64,000 nucleotides of DNA, taken from an uncultured Pseudomonadota bacterium (GTDB lineage Bacteria > Myxococcota_A > Polyangia > Fen-1088). The notes beneath the pieces were generated by a model. The model had not been told where the DNA came from and did not search any database. It saw only the letters and a list, made by a program, of their open reading frames with translations. A program made the position numbers and the translations under genes. How positions within the stretch are numbered: position 1 is the stretch's first letter; each line of letters opens with the position of its first letter. The stretch covers positions 876,649 to 940,648 of the forward strand of contig CAWFVU010000009.1 in assembly GCA_963819375.1 (NCBI GenBank). The letters run 5' to 3'. Positions 48,333 through 59,044 of this stretch are shown piece by piece.

Positions 48333-51300
48333 ATGAAAACATCACTTAACTCCAAGCTCGTTAGCCTGGTCGTCATCGCCCTCGCCGGCGGCACCGCCTG
48401 CCACTCGAGCGATGGCGGTGTCAATTTCAACCGCATCGTCGGTCAGAGTGCATTCGTCTCGGCGCCGCCCGCCGGAATGACCTCCTCGGGACGGGGTCTG
48501 GCGGTGCCGGGCGCCTCGAGCGCCGCCAGCACCTCCGGGGCCGGCGGCACCAGCGGCTCGAGCGCTTCCACCACCCGAACCGTCGAGGAGACCGATCTCT
48601 ATCGCCTGGAGGGAAACCGGCTCTACTACCTCAACGGATACCGCGGGCTGATGGTCTTCGACGTCACGGACGTCGACAACCCGTCGTTGATCGGCCGGTC
48701 ACCCATCTACGGGACCCCAGTCGACATGATCGTGCGCAACGGCATTGCCATCGTGGTGGTGGCCGACTGGTACGGCCAGATGGATGACGGCACGCCGTTC
48801 CACGGATCGATCGTTCGCGGGCTGGACGCAACCGACCCGACGAACATCAAGGTTCTGGGCGAGGCGAAGCTGGGTGGGTGGGTCCAGGACGACCGCGTCG
48901 TAGGCAACGTGATCTACGCGGTCAGCGAGGACTACGGCTGGGTCTACGGCTGGGACGCGCCGGCGGGTGGGGGCGTCGCCATTTCGACGCAACCGACGGA
49001 GACGGTCATCGTCTCGTCGGTCAGTTTCGCCAACAACATCATCCAGTCGATTGGCAAGGTTACGTTCCCCGGATTCAACGGTGTCTTCAACGTGACGCCG
49101 AACGCGATCATGCTCGCGCACACGCCGCAGTCGTCTGTGACGACCACGACCGGCGCCGGTGGAGCGGGGGGGGACGGAGGGATGGCGGCGGCTGACGGCG
49201 GCGTCGTCCCGCCCGGCCCCACCGGCGTGACGACGCCGAGCAACCAGACGGAGCTGCTCTACCTGGATATCTCCGATCCAGGTGGGCAGATCGTGCAGCG
49301 CGGATCGCTCACCGTCGCTGGGCAGGTGCAGGGCTGGGGTGCGGACAACGGTCGCTGGAACCTGGACTTCGCCGACGGCCAAACCGCGCACGTCGTGGCC
49401 TGCTCCGCCGGGCAGTGGGGTTACTGCGACGGCACCTCGGGCTACATCCTGTCGATCGCCGACTTCTCGAACCCGGACTCGCCGGCCCTCGACTCACAGC
49501 TGACCATCCCCTCCACGGGCTGGAGCGTCGCCGCGCGGTTCGACACCGCTCGCCTGTACCTCTCGCCCCAATCGGCCGACTACGGCACCGGCGCGACCAG
49601 CACGCCCTTCCAAGTCTACGACCTGACCGATCCGAAGGCGCCTTCGCTCGCCGGGACCGTGAACATCACGGGAACCGTTTGGAACATCCTCCCGGCCCCG
49701 AGCTCGCGCCTGTTCGCGCTCGGCAGTGAATACACAAACACGGCCACCAGCAGCTCTGAATCCGTCTCGTTGCAGTACCTCGACGTGACGACCCCGTCGG
49801 CGCCGCAGCTGATTGGGACCTCGACGTTCGGCAACGGTTGGGCCTGGACACCAGCCGCCGGCACCTTCAAGGCGTTCACGATGGACGCCACCAAGGGAAT
49901 GGTCGTGCTGCCGTTCTCGGGCTGGGACTACACAGATCAGGTCTACAACAACGGTCTGCAGCTCATTGACTTCACCGCCTCGTCGATTACCACCGGCGGC
50001 GCGGCGCACACGCGCGGCTGGGTTGAGCGCGGGATCTTCGTGAACAATCGGCTCGTGTCGCTGTCCGACCTGTCGCTGGCCGTCGTCGATTACACAAACC
50101 ACGCGGCGCCGACTGTCGTGACCGAGTTGACCTTAGCCCGCAACGTGATCACCGCGCAGCCACAGGGGACGAACATCGCCGAGATCTCGAGCGATTGGTG
50201 GAACAACGACGTGACCTGGTCCGAGGTGCGCCTACTGCCGATCGCCAATGCCGAGGAGACGACGGACAGCGCGGCAGCCCAGACCGTGCGCGTCGACGGC
50301 GTCAACGCGCAGGTTTTTATGAACGGGACCTTTGCCTACGTCGTGACGAACGTGCAGGTCCAGGCGACCTGCGACCCCTACGGTCGACCGCTGCAGCCCG
50401 GGATGACGAACTCCGGGACCACCACGCAGTGCAACGCACGCGCCGAGCAGGTCCAGGTCGTGGACCTCTCGAACGGCGTCGCCCTGCGCGGCAAAGTGCA
50501 GCTTCCCGTCGACTCGTGGGGCTGGTGGGGCTGGGGCTGGGCAGGCTGCTACTGGTACGACTGGTGGGGCGGAGCTGAGGTCGTGCAGGTGGGTGGCAAC
50601 GCGCTCGCCTTCCGTCGCTGGGAGCCGATCTACGACCCGAACACGCAGGGCTACACGCTGGACGTGAACAGCTCGCTGTGGGTGGTCGACCTCTCGAAGC
50701 CGGACGCGCCGTCGACGGCCTCGGTGGCCATCACCGACGACGCGACCACGTGGTGGGGGAACCTGCAGGTCGCCGGCGGCAACCTGTACGCCGGCCACTA
50801 CGAGTGGGTCGACCGTTCGACCGACGGCGGCAACCAGGAGTGGACGGTTCGGTACTTTGCCGACCGCGTCGACCTGACCGACCGGGCGCACCCGCGGATC
50901 GGCGCGAAGATCAACATCCCGGGCCTTCTGGTGGGTGGCTCGGACAGCGATCCGAGCTTGCTCTACACGATCGACTACCGCTGGGACTCGAACGTGGCGA
51001 AGGACGACTTCGACGTCGTCCGCGTGCAGGGGGCACATGCAACCCTGCTGTCGACCACCACGCTGGACGGGTATGTGGGGACTACCTTCGTGCGCGGTTC
51101 GACCGCGTACCTTTCGGCCCAGCAGTACGTCCCCGCGGACGGCAGCTCGACTACGGTCGTTGAGTTGCACGCGATCGACCTATCGGACCCCACGGCACCC
51201 GTCGACCGGGCCTCTCAGTCCGCGAACGGCTGGGGCTGGCTGCTGGACATCGAGGGCGACCGCGCCGTCGTCATCTCGGGATGGGGCCAGGACGGCGTCG

Positions 51301-51449
51301 ACATCTACCAATTGGCGGACGGCCAGGCGCCGCAGTACCGCCAGTTCACCCGCACCCTCGGCTGGTGGCCGAACGGCGTCTCCCGCCAGGCGAACTCCCT
51401 CTACCTGGCCAGCGGCTACTGGGGCGTCCAGAAGGTCGACCTGCAGTAA
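48333..51449 (+). CDS. large secreted lipoprotein, LVIVD-repeat beta-propeller family (1038 aa)
   Basis: Signal peptide MKTSLNSKLVSLVVIALAGGTAC. Recurring blocks NRLYYLNGYRGLMVFDVTDVDNPSLIG... and NGIAIVVVADWYG match LVIVD/beta-propeller repeats. Also has a W-rich patch WGWWGWGWAGCYWYDWWGG. Confidence 0.8.
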   Translation: MKTSLNSKLVSLVVIALAGGTACHSSDGGVNFNRIVGQSAFVSAPPAGMTSSGRGLAVPGASSAASTSGAGGTSGSSASTTRTVEETDLYRLEGNRLYYLNGYRGLMVFDVTDVDNPSLIGRSPIYGTPVDMIVRNGIAIVVVADWYGQMDDGTPFHGSIVRGLDATDPTNIKVLGEAKLGGWVQDDRVVGNVIYAVSEDYGWVYGWDAPAGGGVAISTQPTETVIVSSVSFANNIIQSIGKVTFPGFNGVFNVTPNAIMLAHTPQSSVTTTTGAGGAGGDGGMAAADGGVVPPGPTGVTTPSNQTELLYLDISDPGGQIVQRGSLTVAGQVQGWGADNGRWNLDFADGQTAHVVACSAGQWGYCDGTSGYILSIADFSNPDSPALDSQLTIPSTGWSVAARFDTARLYLSPQSADYGTGATSTPFQVYDLTDPKAPSLAGTVNITGTVWNILPAPSSRLFALGSEYTNTATSSSESVSLQYLDVTTPSAPQLIGTSTFGNGWAWTPAAGTFKAFTMDATKGMVVLPFSGWDYTDQVYNNGLQLIDFTASSITTGGAAHTRGWVERGIFVNNRLVSLSDLSLAVVDYTNHAAPTVVTELTLARNVITAQPQGTNIAEISSDWWNNDVTWSEVRLLPIANAEETTDSAAAQTVRVDGVNAQVFMNGTFAYVVTNVQVQATCDPYGRPLQPGMTNSGTTTQCNARAEQVQVVDLSNGVALRGKVQLPVDSWGWWGWGWAGCYWYDWWGGAEVVQVGGNALAFRRWEPIYDPNTQGYTLDVNSSLWVVDLSKPDAPSTASVAITDDATTWWGNLQVAGGNLYAGHYEWVDRSTDGGNQEWTVRYFADRVDLTDRAHPRIGAKINIPGLLVGGSDSDPSLLYTIDYRWDSNVAKDDFDVVRVQGAHATLLSTTTLDGYVGTTFVRGSTAYLSAQQYVPADGSSTTVVELHAIDLSDPTAPVDRASQSANGWGWLLDIEGDRAVVISGWGQDGVDIYQLADGQAPQYRQFTRTLGWWPNGVSRQANSLYLASGYWGVQKVDLQ

Positions 51450-51920
51450 TCGTCCATCGTGGAACAGCGCGGGGACCCGGGGTTCCGGCGTTCGGTTCGC
51501 TCTACGAGAACCGGTTCACGAGGGGGCAACCGAGTGGCGTCGGGTTGTAGGTACCTCACACCAGAACCTGAATCTAGACTGAGAGCACGTTCGTTAAACT
51601 ATATCGCACAGTTAAGCGAGCGCGGGACGTGTACCCGCTTGTACCCGCCGCCGTCAGCCCAACTCCTCTTTCATTTTCACGAAATCGGCTCAATCGCCGC
51701 ACGCTGGTCCGACCAGCACCTCCGCGTACTGAGGTCCTGAGGCTGGACATCGTCCCAGGCCGGTGTGTGGTTGGTTTCCGCGGTGGGCTGGTTCCACGGA
51801 TAAAGGGCCGGGTACGCCGACAGGTTGCCGGCACCGTCGACCACCCGCCCAAGACCCCCCACACCACTCGAGGTGCGCGCAAGCACAGCTTCGAGAAAAG
51901 CTGCATGTCAGAATCGTTCG

Positions 51921-52334
51921 GTGCGCTGCGCGATTGGGCTTGCCGTCGGGTTGATTGCCGTCGCGAGCTGCACCGCGCACTTCAAGTCCAGCATTCGGAT
52001 TGACGGAATCACATTTGCGCCCGATCGGTGTCGCTCTGGCCAGGCCTTGGGATTCGACGGCGTCACGTTGTACGATCAAAACGGGAAACGGCTCGATCTC
52101 CTACTAGGTCACTTAAACTCGAATCCCAATTACAGTCGGATCGCCGTACCGACGGCGGTGCTGTTCACTTCGGATACTCCCGGTGGTGTCGCTCTCAGTT
52201 GCCGCTACGAGATGAAGATGGACTACGAGGCAAGCAAGATCATCTACCGGAACGTCAGGGGCGTTGCCGAGCTCGCATGCTTATCCCCACAGCATGAAGT
52301 GACCGGCCTCCTGGAGTTCGAGCACTGTCACTGA
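51921..52334 (+). CDS. small lipoprotein (137 aa)
   Basis: GTG start. VRCAIGLAVGLIAVASC lipobox. Coding-like. Confidence 0.45.
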   Translation: MRCAIGLAVGLIAVASCTAHFKSSIRIDGITFAPDRCRSGQALGFDGVTLYDQNGKRLDLLLGHLNSNPNYSRIAVPTAVLFTSDTPGGVALSCRYEMKMDYEASKIIYRNVRGVAELACLSPQHEVTGLLEFEHCH

Positions 52335-53136
52335 ACCCGCACTCCCTTAGACGAGCCACAGATTCACCCACCGTCGACGGCTTCGAAAATCTTCTGCCAT
52401 CGAGCACCGGGACTTGAAAACGTCCGTCAACCCCGATACTTCGGGGGCTTGCACAGACTCCCGCGCGCTTGCCGCAACTTTCGTGAGGTCTGGTCGGTTC
52501 GAGTTTGGGAGGGTTGGATCTGTTTGGGCAACGGGCAGGCAAGGCATTCGCGATGCAAATCCTCGGGCAGAAGAAGTCGCAGGTTCAACCGCCGGGCGAT
52601 CGCCCGCGGGATGCTCGCCGGGATCTGGCGGAAGCCGCGTCGAGTCCAGGGGCCGAATTGGCAGCATCGCTTCGGCCAAGTGAGCCGAAATCGACGAGGC
52701 AGTGGTGATGTGGCGATCACGCGAGATGTCCACTTCGGCGGCCTGCACCGTCTCTCCGATCGCGCGCGGGAGTCCCTCCGTGTCCTCGCCAGGGCGGTCG
52801 AGATCGATGTCCTCGCCCGGATGATCGCAGTGCAACTCGGTCGGGACGGGACGCGCGGCGCGGTCTCCACGTCCAGCGCTTGTCACAGATCGCGCCCGCG
52901 GCTTCATATCCTCAGAACTCGGCAGACGAACAAGCTCGCTTGACCCGTCCCAACGCACGAATGCGACTCCGCGTCGCGGCAGCCGAGCAAGTCCTTGATC
53001 GGTGCTACCGATTGAGAGCGTCACTCTGATAAATGGTCGTGAAGGCGATCTCCAGGGCCGCCGGTCGACAGCACACGATGGAGAGGGTATCTCTCACTTT
53101 CGAGTGCGCCAACGCCAGCGAAAAGGGCTACGAAAC

Positions 53137-53808
53137 TCAGTCGTCCGAGGACGGCGGTGCCGGAAGGGCGTGCCTTCGCGCTGCGAGCATTCCCAGGCTG
53201 GCAGCCAGCCGGACCAGTTCGGCCAGGTTCCGAAGCCCGAGTTTTTGGTTGATTCGATAGAGGTGACTGTCGACTGTCTTGCGCGCGATGCAGAGCTCGC
53301 GGGAGATGTCTCGGGCCGGTACGCATTGCGCGGCCAGTCTGAAAACCTCCCGTTCTCGCTCCGATAGAACACTGAGGACGTCGTCGCTCTTGCTTCGCTC
53401 CTCCAATGCCGCGAGTCTCCCAAGGAGGGCCGGCGCCACGTAACGCTGTCCCCGACTGACAGTGCGGATTGCTTCAACGAGGGTCTCTGGGCCGTCACTC
53501 TTGAGCGCGTATCCCGACGCACCAGCTTCGAAGGCATCGGAGATGTCATTGCCCTGGTCGTGCGCCGTCACGATCAGCACGCGCGCATGCGGAACCCTCC
53601 GCCGGATCTCTCGCGTGGCCAGAACGCCGTCCATGCCGGGCAATCCGATGTCCAAAAGGACGATATCCGGTCTGGTACTGTCCACGAGCTCGAGGCCGCG
53701 GCGAGCCGTACTCGCTTCTCCCGCGATTTGGAGATCTGGGATGTCTCCCAGTGCGAGGCGCGCGCCTAGCCGAAACAGGGCATGGTCGTCGATCAAGACG
53801 ACTTTCAT
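53137..53808 (-). CDS. NarL/FixJ-family response regulator (REC + LuxR HTH)
   Basis: MKVVLIDDHALFRLG...DIVLLDIGLPGMDG, and LSEREREVFRLAAQCVPARDISRELCIARKTVDSHLYRINQKLG. Confidence 0.85.
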   Translation of the reverse strand: MKVVLIDDHALFRLGARLALGDIPDLQIAGEASTARRGLELVDSTRPDIVLLDIGLPGMDGVLATREIRRRVPHARVLIVTAHDQGNDISDAFEAGASGYALKSDGPETLVEAIRTVSRGQRYVAPALLGRLAALEERSKSDDVLSVLSEREREVFRLAAQCVPARDISRELCIARKTVDSHLYRINQKLGLRNLAELVRLAASLGMLAARRHALPAPPSSDD

Positions 53809-54536
53809 TTGCGAAGAGGTCTCAGAGGGCCGCCCTTCCGCACGCACCGCTTGTCCCGCCAGGGGGCCTGACCGCTTTCCAGAGGCCGCAGGCTCTCGAA
53901 CGAACCCCCTCGGCGATACGATGCGGGAAGGTCATCTTGAACACACCGGCACGCCAGCCAGCGAGGGGCTTCGACAAAGTTCTTTTGCTCTTTCGCGCGG
54001 ATGACGATGGTAGCCGGTACGGCCCGGGGATTTAGTCGCCCCCACCGGAGGGTTTTTGAGATGAGCTGATTTCGCACGGCGCTGCCCCGACTGTCGGCGC
54101 GGCCCTCAGCGACATGAGGCAATACCCTAATTGCGCGAAACCGATCCGCAAGCAGGTTAATAGAGGAGCCCAGGATGGGCCGGCGAGACAAGAGCTGTCA
54201 TTTCGATGGGCGTGAGGCTAATTATCCTGTGCTCGGCGCATAGGCAACGCACGATGTTTTCCGAGTGTCTAGGATCCACGTTCTCTGAAATGGTCTCCGC
54301 CTTCACACACAAGACGCAGAAGACGGAGCAGCGGTGGCCCATAAACGCACGCGGACGCGGTGAAAACGAACGGTCGAATCGAATCAAGAGATGCGAAAGG
54401 CTTCGGAGTGTTCAACTGCTACGCCGGGCGGCGTGGATGCGCCTCGATCGCCCCGCCCACGACGGGGCGATCCGGCGCATAGGACGACGGTCAGTCCTGA
54501 TGACGGCGATCGCAGCGCTCCGCTCCGCTCGGAACA

Positions 54537-56099
54537 TTAGGTGGGCTCGGGAATTCGGCGCGTCTCGATCACGCTGCCTGCGAGGGCCCGCTTGATCCTC
54601 TCCATACTGGCAGGCTTGGCCAGGTGCTCGTCGAAGCCGGCCATGCGCGCCGCCTCAAAATCCTCCGGCTGGGCGTAGCCGGTGAGAGCCACCAGGTAAG
54701 CCGAACGAAGCTGATTGTCGGCTCTGATAGCCCGCGCCACTCGGTAGCCATCCTTCTTGGGTAAGCCGAGGTCGCAGAGCACGACGTCGGGCTCGAACGC
54801 GCGCGCCTTCGCGAGACCCTCGAGGCCGTCGTGCGCAACCTCAACCAGGTGGCCATCTAGGGTGAGAACGATTCGCAGACCCTCCGCGATGTCGCGATCG
54901 TCCTCAATGAGCAGCACGCGACGCGGAACAGGGACGCGGGCGTCGTCCAACGCGGCGTCTGAGGAGTGCGCCGCCTCAGCCTCCAGTGGCAGCCGGACGA
55001 CGAACTCGGCACCTTGGTCGAAGCCTGCGCTGCTCGCGCGTACATCACCGCCGTGCAGTTCGACCAGCCCCCTGACCAGCGCAAGGCCCACGCCCAGTCC
55101 GCCCCCTGTGCGATCGAGCGTGTGGTCACCCTGGACGAACTGCTCGAACACCCGCGGCAACAGGGCGGCGTCGATGCCGATCCCCGTGTCGGCCACCGTC
55201 AGCACAGCGCTGCCCGACTCGTCGGCGGAGACGGACACCGCAGTGGTCCCGCCAGAGGCCGTGAACTTTACAGCGTTCGCTAGGAGGTTCGTCACCACCT
55301 GGATGATGCGCGCCCCGTCGGCGTGGACCTGGACAGGTCGGTTGGCCAGTGTGACTGCCAGCCCGACCCCGGCCGCTTCGAACTGCGCACGGCTGTCCTC
55401 GGTCGCCTCGCGGACTAGTTGGTTCAGATCAACGTGCCGACGCTGCAGGCGAATCTTGTTCTGCGCGATGCGCGTGACATCCAGGAGGTCGTCTACCATC
55501 CGGACAAGATGATTCACCTGCCGATCGATGACCTCACTCGCACGGTCCGCGGCGACTTTCCCCGCGCGATCGTGCTTGAGGACATAAAGGCTGGCGCGAA
55601 TAGCAGCGAGTGGGTTGCGCAGTTCGTGGGAGAGGACCCCGATGAACTCACTCTTGCGCTGGTCAGCTTCGCGCAGCGAATCGACCAACCGGCGCTGGGC
55701 TGTGATGTCGTGACTCATCGCGAGAATCCGGCGGATCTCGCCGTCGGGGCTGGCCAGGGGGACCACTACCCACTGGCGGACCATCCGCTGCCCGTTCGGG
55801 AGATCCGCAGCAAGCTCATAGGTCTGGCGCTCGCTGGTGGCGACGGCGCGTTCGATGTGCTCTCGCAGCGGAATCCATATCGGCGGCGGCCAGACCTCGG
55901 GGCCAGGCAGACCGATGATCTCTTCCGGAGTCCGCCCGCATATGGCACTCACCATAGCGGCCAGCTGCGGGTTGAGGTAAAGCAGGCGGCCATCGCGGTG
56001 ACAGAGGACCAGATTCACCGGCATGTTCTCGACGGTGGTGCGGAACAGCTCCTCGGTCTCGCGGAGCTTCGCCGCCCATTCGTCGCTCGAATCCCCCAT
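54537..56099 (-). CDS. hybrid sensor histidine kinase (PAS-HisKA-HATPase-REC)
   Basis: ATG at 56099. H-box LSHELRNPLAAI, G-boxes GGGLGVGLALV, C-terminal receiver VLLIEDDRDIAEGL...DVVLCDLGLPKKDG. Confidence 0.85.
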   Translation of the reverse strand: MGDSSDEWAAKLRETEELFRTTVENMPVNLVLCHRDGRLLYLNPQLAAMVSAICGRTPEEIIGLPGPEVWPPPIWIPLREHIERAVATSERQTYELAADLPNGQRMVRQWVVVPLASPDGEIRRILAMSHDITAQRRLVDSLREADQRKSEFIGVLSHELRNPLAAIRASLYVLKHDRAGKVAADRASEVIDRQVNHLVRMVDDLLDVTRIAQNKIRLQRRHVDLNQLVREATEDSRAQFEAAGVGLAVTLANRPVQVHADGARIIQVVTNLLANAVKFTASGGTTAVSVSADESGSAVLTVADTGIGIDAALLPRVFEQFVQGDHTLDRTGGGLGVGLALVRGLVELHGGDVRASSAGFDQGAEFVVRLPLEAEAAHSSDAALDDARVPVPRRVLLIEDDRDIAEGLRIVLTLDGHLVEVAHDGLEGLAKARAFEPDVVLCDLGLPKKDGYRVARAIRADNQLRSAYLVALTGYAQPEDFEAARMAGFDEHLAKPASMERIKRALAGSVIETRRIPEPT

Positions 56100-56355
56100 G
56101 GCCGGCCATCTTACACATGGGAAGGGATCCCGACCTCGGCGTCGGTTTGACGGGAGGAGAAAAGACCGGTCGCAAATTGTCCTGCCGCCACCACGTCGCT
56201 CGCTGAGGTCAGCGGTCCGTCGCGTCTCGTATTGGCGACCGGCGCCTTCTCACGGCGTCTCGGGGAATCCATCGGACCCGGCGAGAATGGCGACGCCCCG
56301 AATAGCGTCTTAGGGCTGACATTGACGACGGCCCGCGAAGAGCGAGATTGGACTC

Positions 56356-58170
56356 GTGAACGGGCTGCCACCGTCGAGCACTCAAGCGCTCGTCGACCTC
56401 GACGCCATCCCGCATGACGACTGGGAGAAGCTCCTCGAGGAGTGTCTCCGGGTTACGAGTAGCGTCCTAGGAATCGCGTTCGCGAGTTACTGGCGTTTCC
56501 GCGACCACCCGCCGTCGATCATTTGCGAGCTCGGCTACCAGGCGCTCAGTCAGCGATTCGAGCGTGGATTCACGCTCGGTGAGCACGAGTGTCCAATTTA
56601 CCTCGATCAGGTTCGGCGCACGCACGTGTTGGCCATCGAGGACGCCATTCAGGATCAACGAACACGCGATCTCCGCTCTTATCTGGTCTCGCGTGGAATC
56701 GGGGCGCTCCTCGATACCGCTGTCCGTGTCGGGGGAGTGCCGGTCGGGATCCTCTGCCACGAGCACTCTGGGGGCGCGCGCGGCTGGAGCCCCGAGGAGC
56801 AGCACTTCGCCTTCGCGGCCGGACAGACGTTGGGAGCCCACCTAGAGTCGCGCGCGCGGACCCAGGCGGAACAGCGGGAGCGGCGCAGCGCGCTCTTGGT
56901 CGATGCCATGGCCGATGTCGAAGAGTGCTTCACGGCCAACACCGCTGCCAACCTGGCCGTCGAGCGGGCCCTCCCCGCGCTGGGGGATCTAGCGACCCTT
57001 GTGACCTTCGACGGCGACCAGGCCTGGCACGTCGTGGGCGCACACGTGGATCCCAACAAGCGCGCCGTGTTGGACGAGCTGCTGCGGGGATATTCCCCCG
57101 AACTCGGTGGACCCGGGCTCGCGGCGCGCGCCATCCGAGAGCGGCACTCCATTCTCCTGCCGTCCATGACCCTGGAATTGGCGCGCTCGTTCGGCCTTCG
57201 AGAAGACGAGGCGACACAGCTGGCCGCCCTTCGGGTGCGTAGCGCCATCGCGACGCCATTCACAGTTCGAGGAAAAACCTCAGGCGCGATGGTGTTCGCC
57301 AGCTCCTCCCACCGCTACGATCAGGAGGACCTGCGCTTCGCCGAGGTCTATGCCCAAAGAATCGGGCTCATCCTCGAGAATGCCCAGCTCTACCAGACCG
57401 CGCGGCAGGCCATTTTGGTCCGCGACGAGTTCTTGTCGCTCGCGTCCCACGAACTCCGAACGCCCCTCACCATCCTGCGCCTCTCCGCCGAAAAACTATC
57501 GGGTGAGGTGGTCGCGCAGGAAGTGGCGGGAAAGCTGGCGGCACGCATCGCCCGCCAGAGCGACCGGCTCGATCGGCTCGTCGACCGTCTCCTAAACGCC
57601 TCCGACATCGGCGCCGGCCGCTGGTCGATTATCCGCGAGCAGATCGATCTCAACGCCATCGTCGTCGACGTCGTCCAAGCCTACGGCCAAGCGGTAGCTC
57701 CCGCCGAATCCCCGGTGAAGCTGTCGGTAGGCCCCCCGCTGATCGGCGAGTTCGATCCGATTCGGTTGGGGCAAGCTCTCGGCAACCTAATCGACAATGC
57801 CCTTAAGTTTGGGCACGGAGCGCCCATCGACGTCTCGGTCGGCTCGCAGGACGCGATGGCGGTCATCTCGGTCCACGACCACGGTCCCGGTATCCCACTA
57901 GAGGAACGGAGCCGAATCTTCCGCCCGTATTGGCGTGGACACATGGCGCAGGGGATCGGGGGACTCGGCTTGGGTCTGCACGTGGTCCAGCAGATCGTCG
58001 AAGCTCATGGCGGGAAGGTTCGCGTGGAGGGGGAGCCGACCCCCGGCACGACCTTCATGGTCGAGCTCCCTTTGTTCGAACCGCGAACGAATGGTCAGAC
58101 TGCCGCGCCTCCAGAGCGTCAATGCGATTCGAAAAGAGCGGCGATCTCCGCCGAACGAAGCAACGCCTGA
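56356..58170 (+). CDS. GAF-domain sensor histidine kinase
   Basis: Two GAF-like segments, H-box LASHELRTPLTIL, G-boxes IDNALKFG and GGLGLGLHVV. Confidence 0.85.
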   Translation: MNGLPPSSTQALVDLDAIPHDDWEKLLEECLRVTSSVLGIAFASYWRFRDHPPSIICELGYQALSQRFERGFTLGEHECPIYLDQVRRTHVLAIEDAIQDQRTRDLRSYLVSRGIGALLDTAVRVGGVPVGILCHEHSGGARGWSPEEQHFAFAAGQTLGAHLESRARTQAEQRERRSALLVDAMADVEECFTANTAANLAVERALPALGDLATLVTFDGDQAWHVVGAHVDPNKRAVLDELLRGYSPELGGPGLAARAIRERHSILLPSMTLELARSFGLREDEATQLAALRVRSAIATPFTVRGKTSGAMVFASSSHRYDQEDLRFAEVYAQRIGLILENAQLYQTARQAILVRDEFLSLASHELRTPLTILRLSAEKLSGEVVAQEVAGKLAARIARQSDRLDRLVDRLLNASDIGAGRWSIIREQIDLNAIVVDVVQAYGQAVAPAESPVKLSVGPPLIGEFDPIRLGQALGNLIDNALKFGHGAPIDVSVGSQDAMAVISVHDHGPGIPLEERSRIFRPYWRGHMAQGIGGLGLGLHVVQQIVEAHGGKVRVEGEPTPGTTFMVELPLFEPRTNGQTAAPPERQCDSKRAAISAERSNA

Positions 58171-58452
58171 GCGAGGCGCATCCTCTTTGTGATGATCTTG
58201 TCGGGCTTCCGAGAGATGAACCCCGTGAGCTGCATCGTTTACGCTGCCCGACGATATTCAAAATGCGTAGGTGGCCTCGCCAGCCGCAGTCGGGGGCTGC
58301 GCATCTGGGTCGCAATGCGCGCCCCTTTCTTGGTGCCCCCGGAATTCGCAGCTCGCCGCTCTATGTCCCAACTGGGAGTGACCTGAGTGTGGGACGCACA
58401 AACGTGAGCTCACCAGCGCGGTACATGGTCAGCGTCAGCACGATCCGACTGC

Positions 58453-58659
58453 TTACTCACTTAGGGAGTCGAGGGCCTTCTTCTGTGCTTCGAGCTCCGA
58501 GGAGCGTGCCTCGAGACGGCGGCCGACGCTGCACTCGGCGGACGCTTGCAGCGGTGTACATGCCCCGCCGATCGTGGCGTGCTCTGAATAGGCCTCGCGA
58601 GCCACCCGTGTCGCTCTCTTGATCCTGTCGAGCCTTTCTTCTTTGGAACCGGGCGTCAC
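58453..58659 (-). CDS. small conserved Cys-containing hypothetical protein (paralogue of 11608-11871)
   Basis: See feature 11608-11871. Protein-level similarity of about 40% with conserved Cys spacing. Confidence 0.45.
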   Translation of the reverse strand: MTPGSKEERLDRIKRATRVAREAYSEHATIGGACTPLQASAECSVGRRLEARSSELEAQKKALDSLSE

Positions 58660-59044
58660 GAGAAAGCGAATCGTAACACCCGAGGTCCTTCAGCTGGCCG
58701 TAAGCGTCGTCACGCGGGGTCCCGATCGGATTGGTGGACCGACGGGCGTATCGCTCCGGGTGGGGGCCGCATGTCTAGGGTCTGGACCAGCACGCAGGCA
58801 CGGTCCAGTAGTCGGTCGTAAGGGAACCGCCGTCCAAGCCGAGACCGCGGGTGAGCCGTAGAGGAAGCCGTCGTAGGATGTTCCGCCGCCATCGCTGTTT
58901 CGGATGACAAGACGCCGATTCGTGCTCAAAATCGCGCCGGAATGACCTTGTAGCAGCCCGGCATTGAAACGCCGGGGGCAAAGGGTTATCCACACAGCGT
59001 TCGCCGCTGCTTCTCGACTGATCGATTTGGTAGGCCAGTCTCAC

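Noticed and set aside
52347-53024. 225-aa minus ORF and 164-aa plus ORF downstream of the NarL regulator
   Set aside because: Both have Arg/Pro/Ser-rich low-complexity composition with no motifs. The region may be a non-coding or decayed gene.
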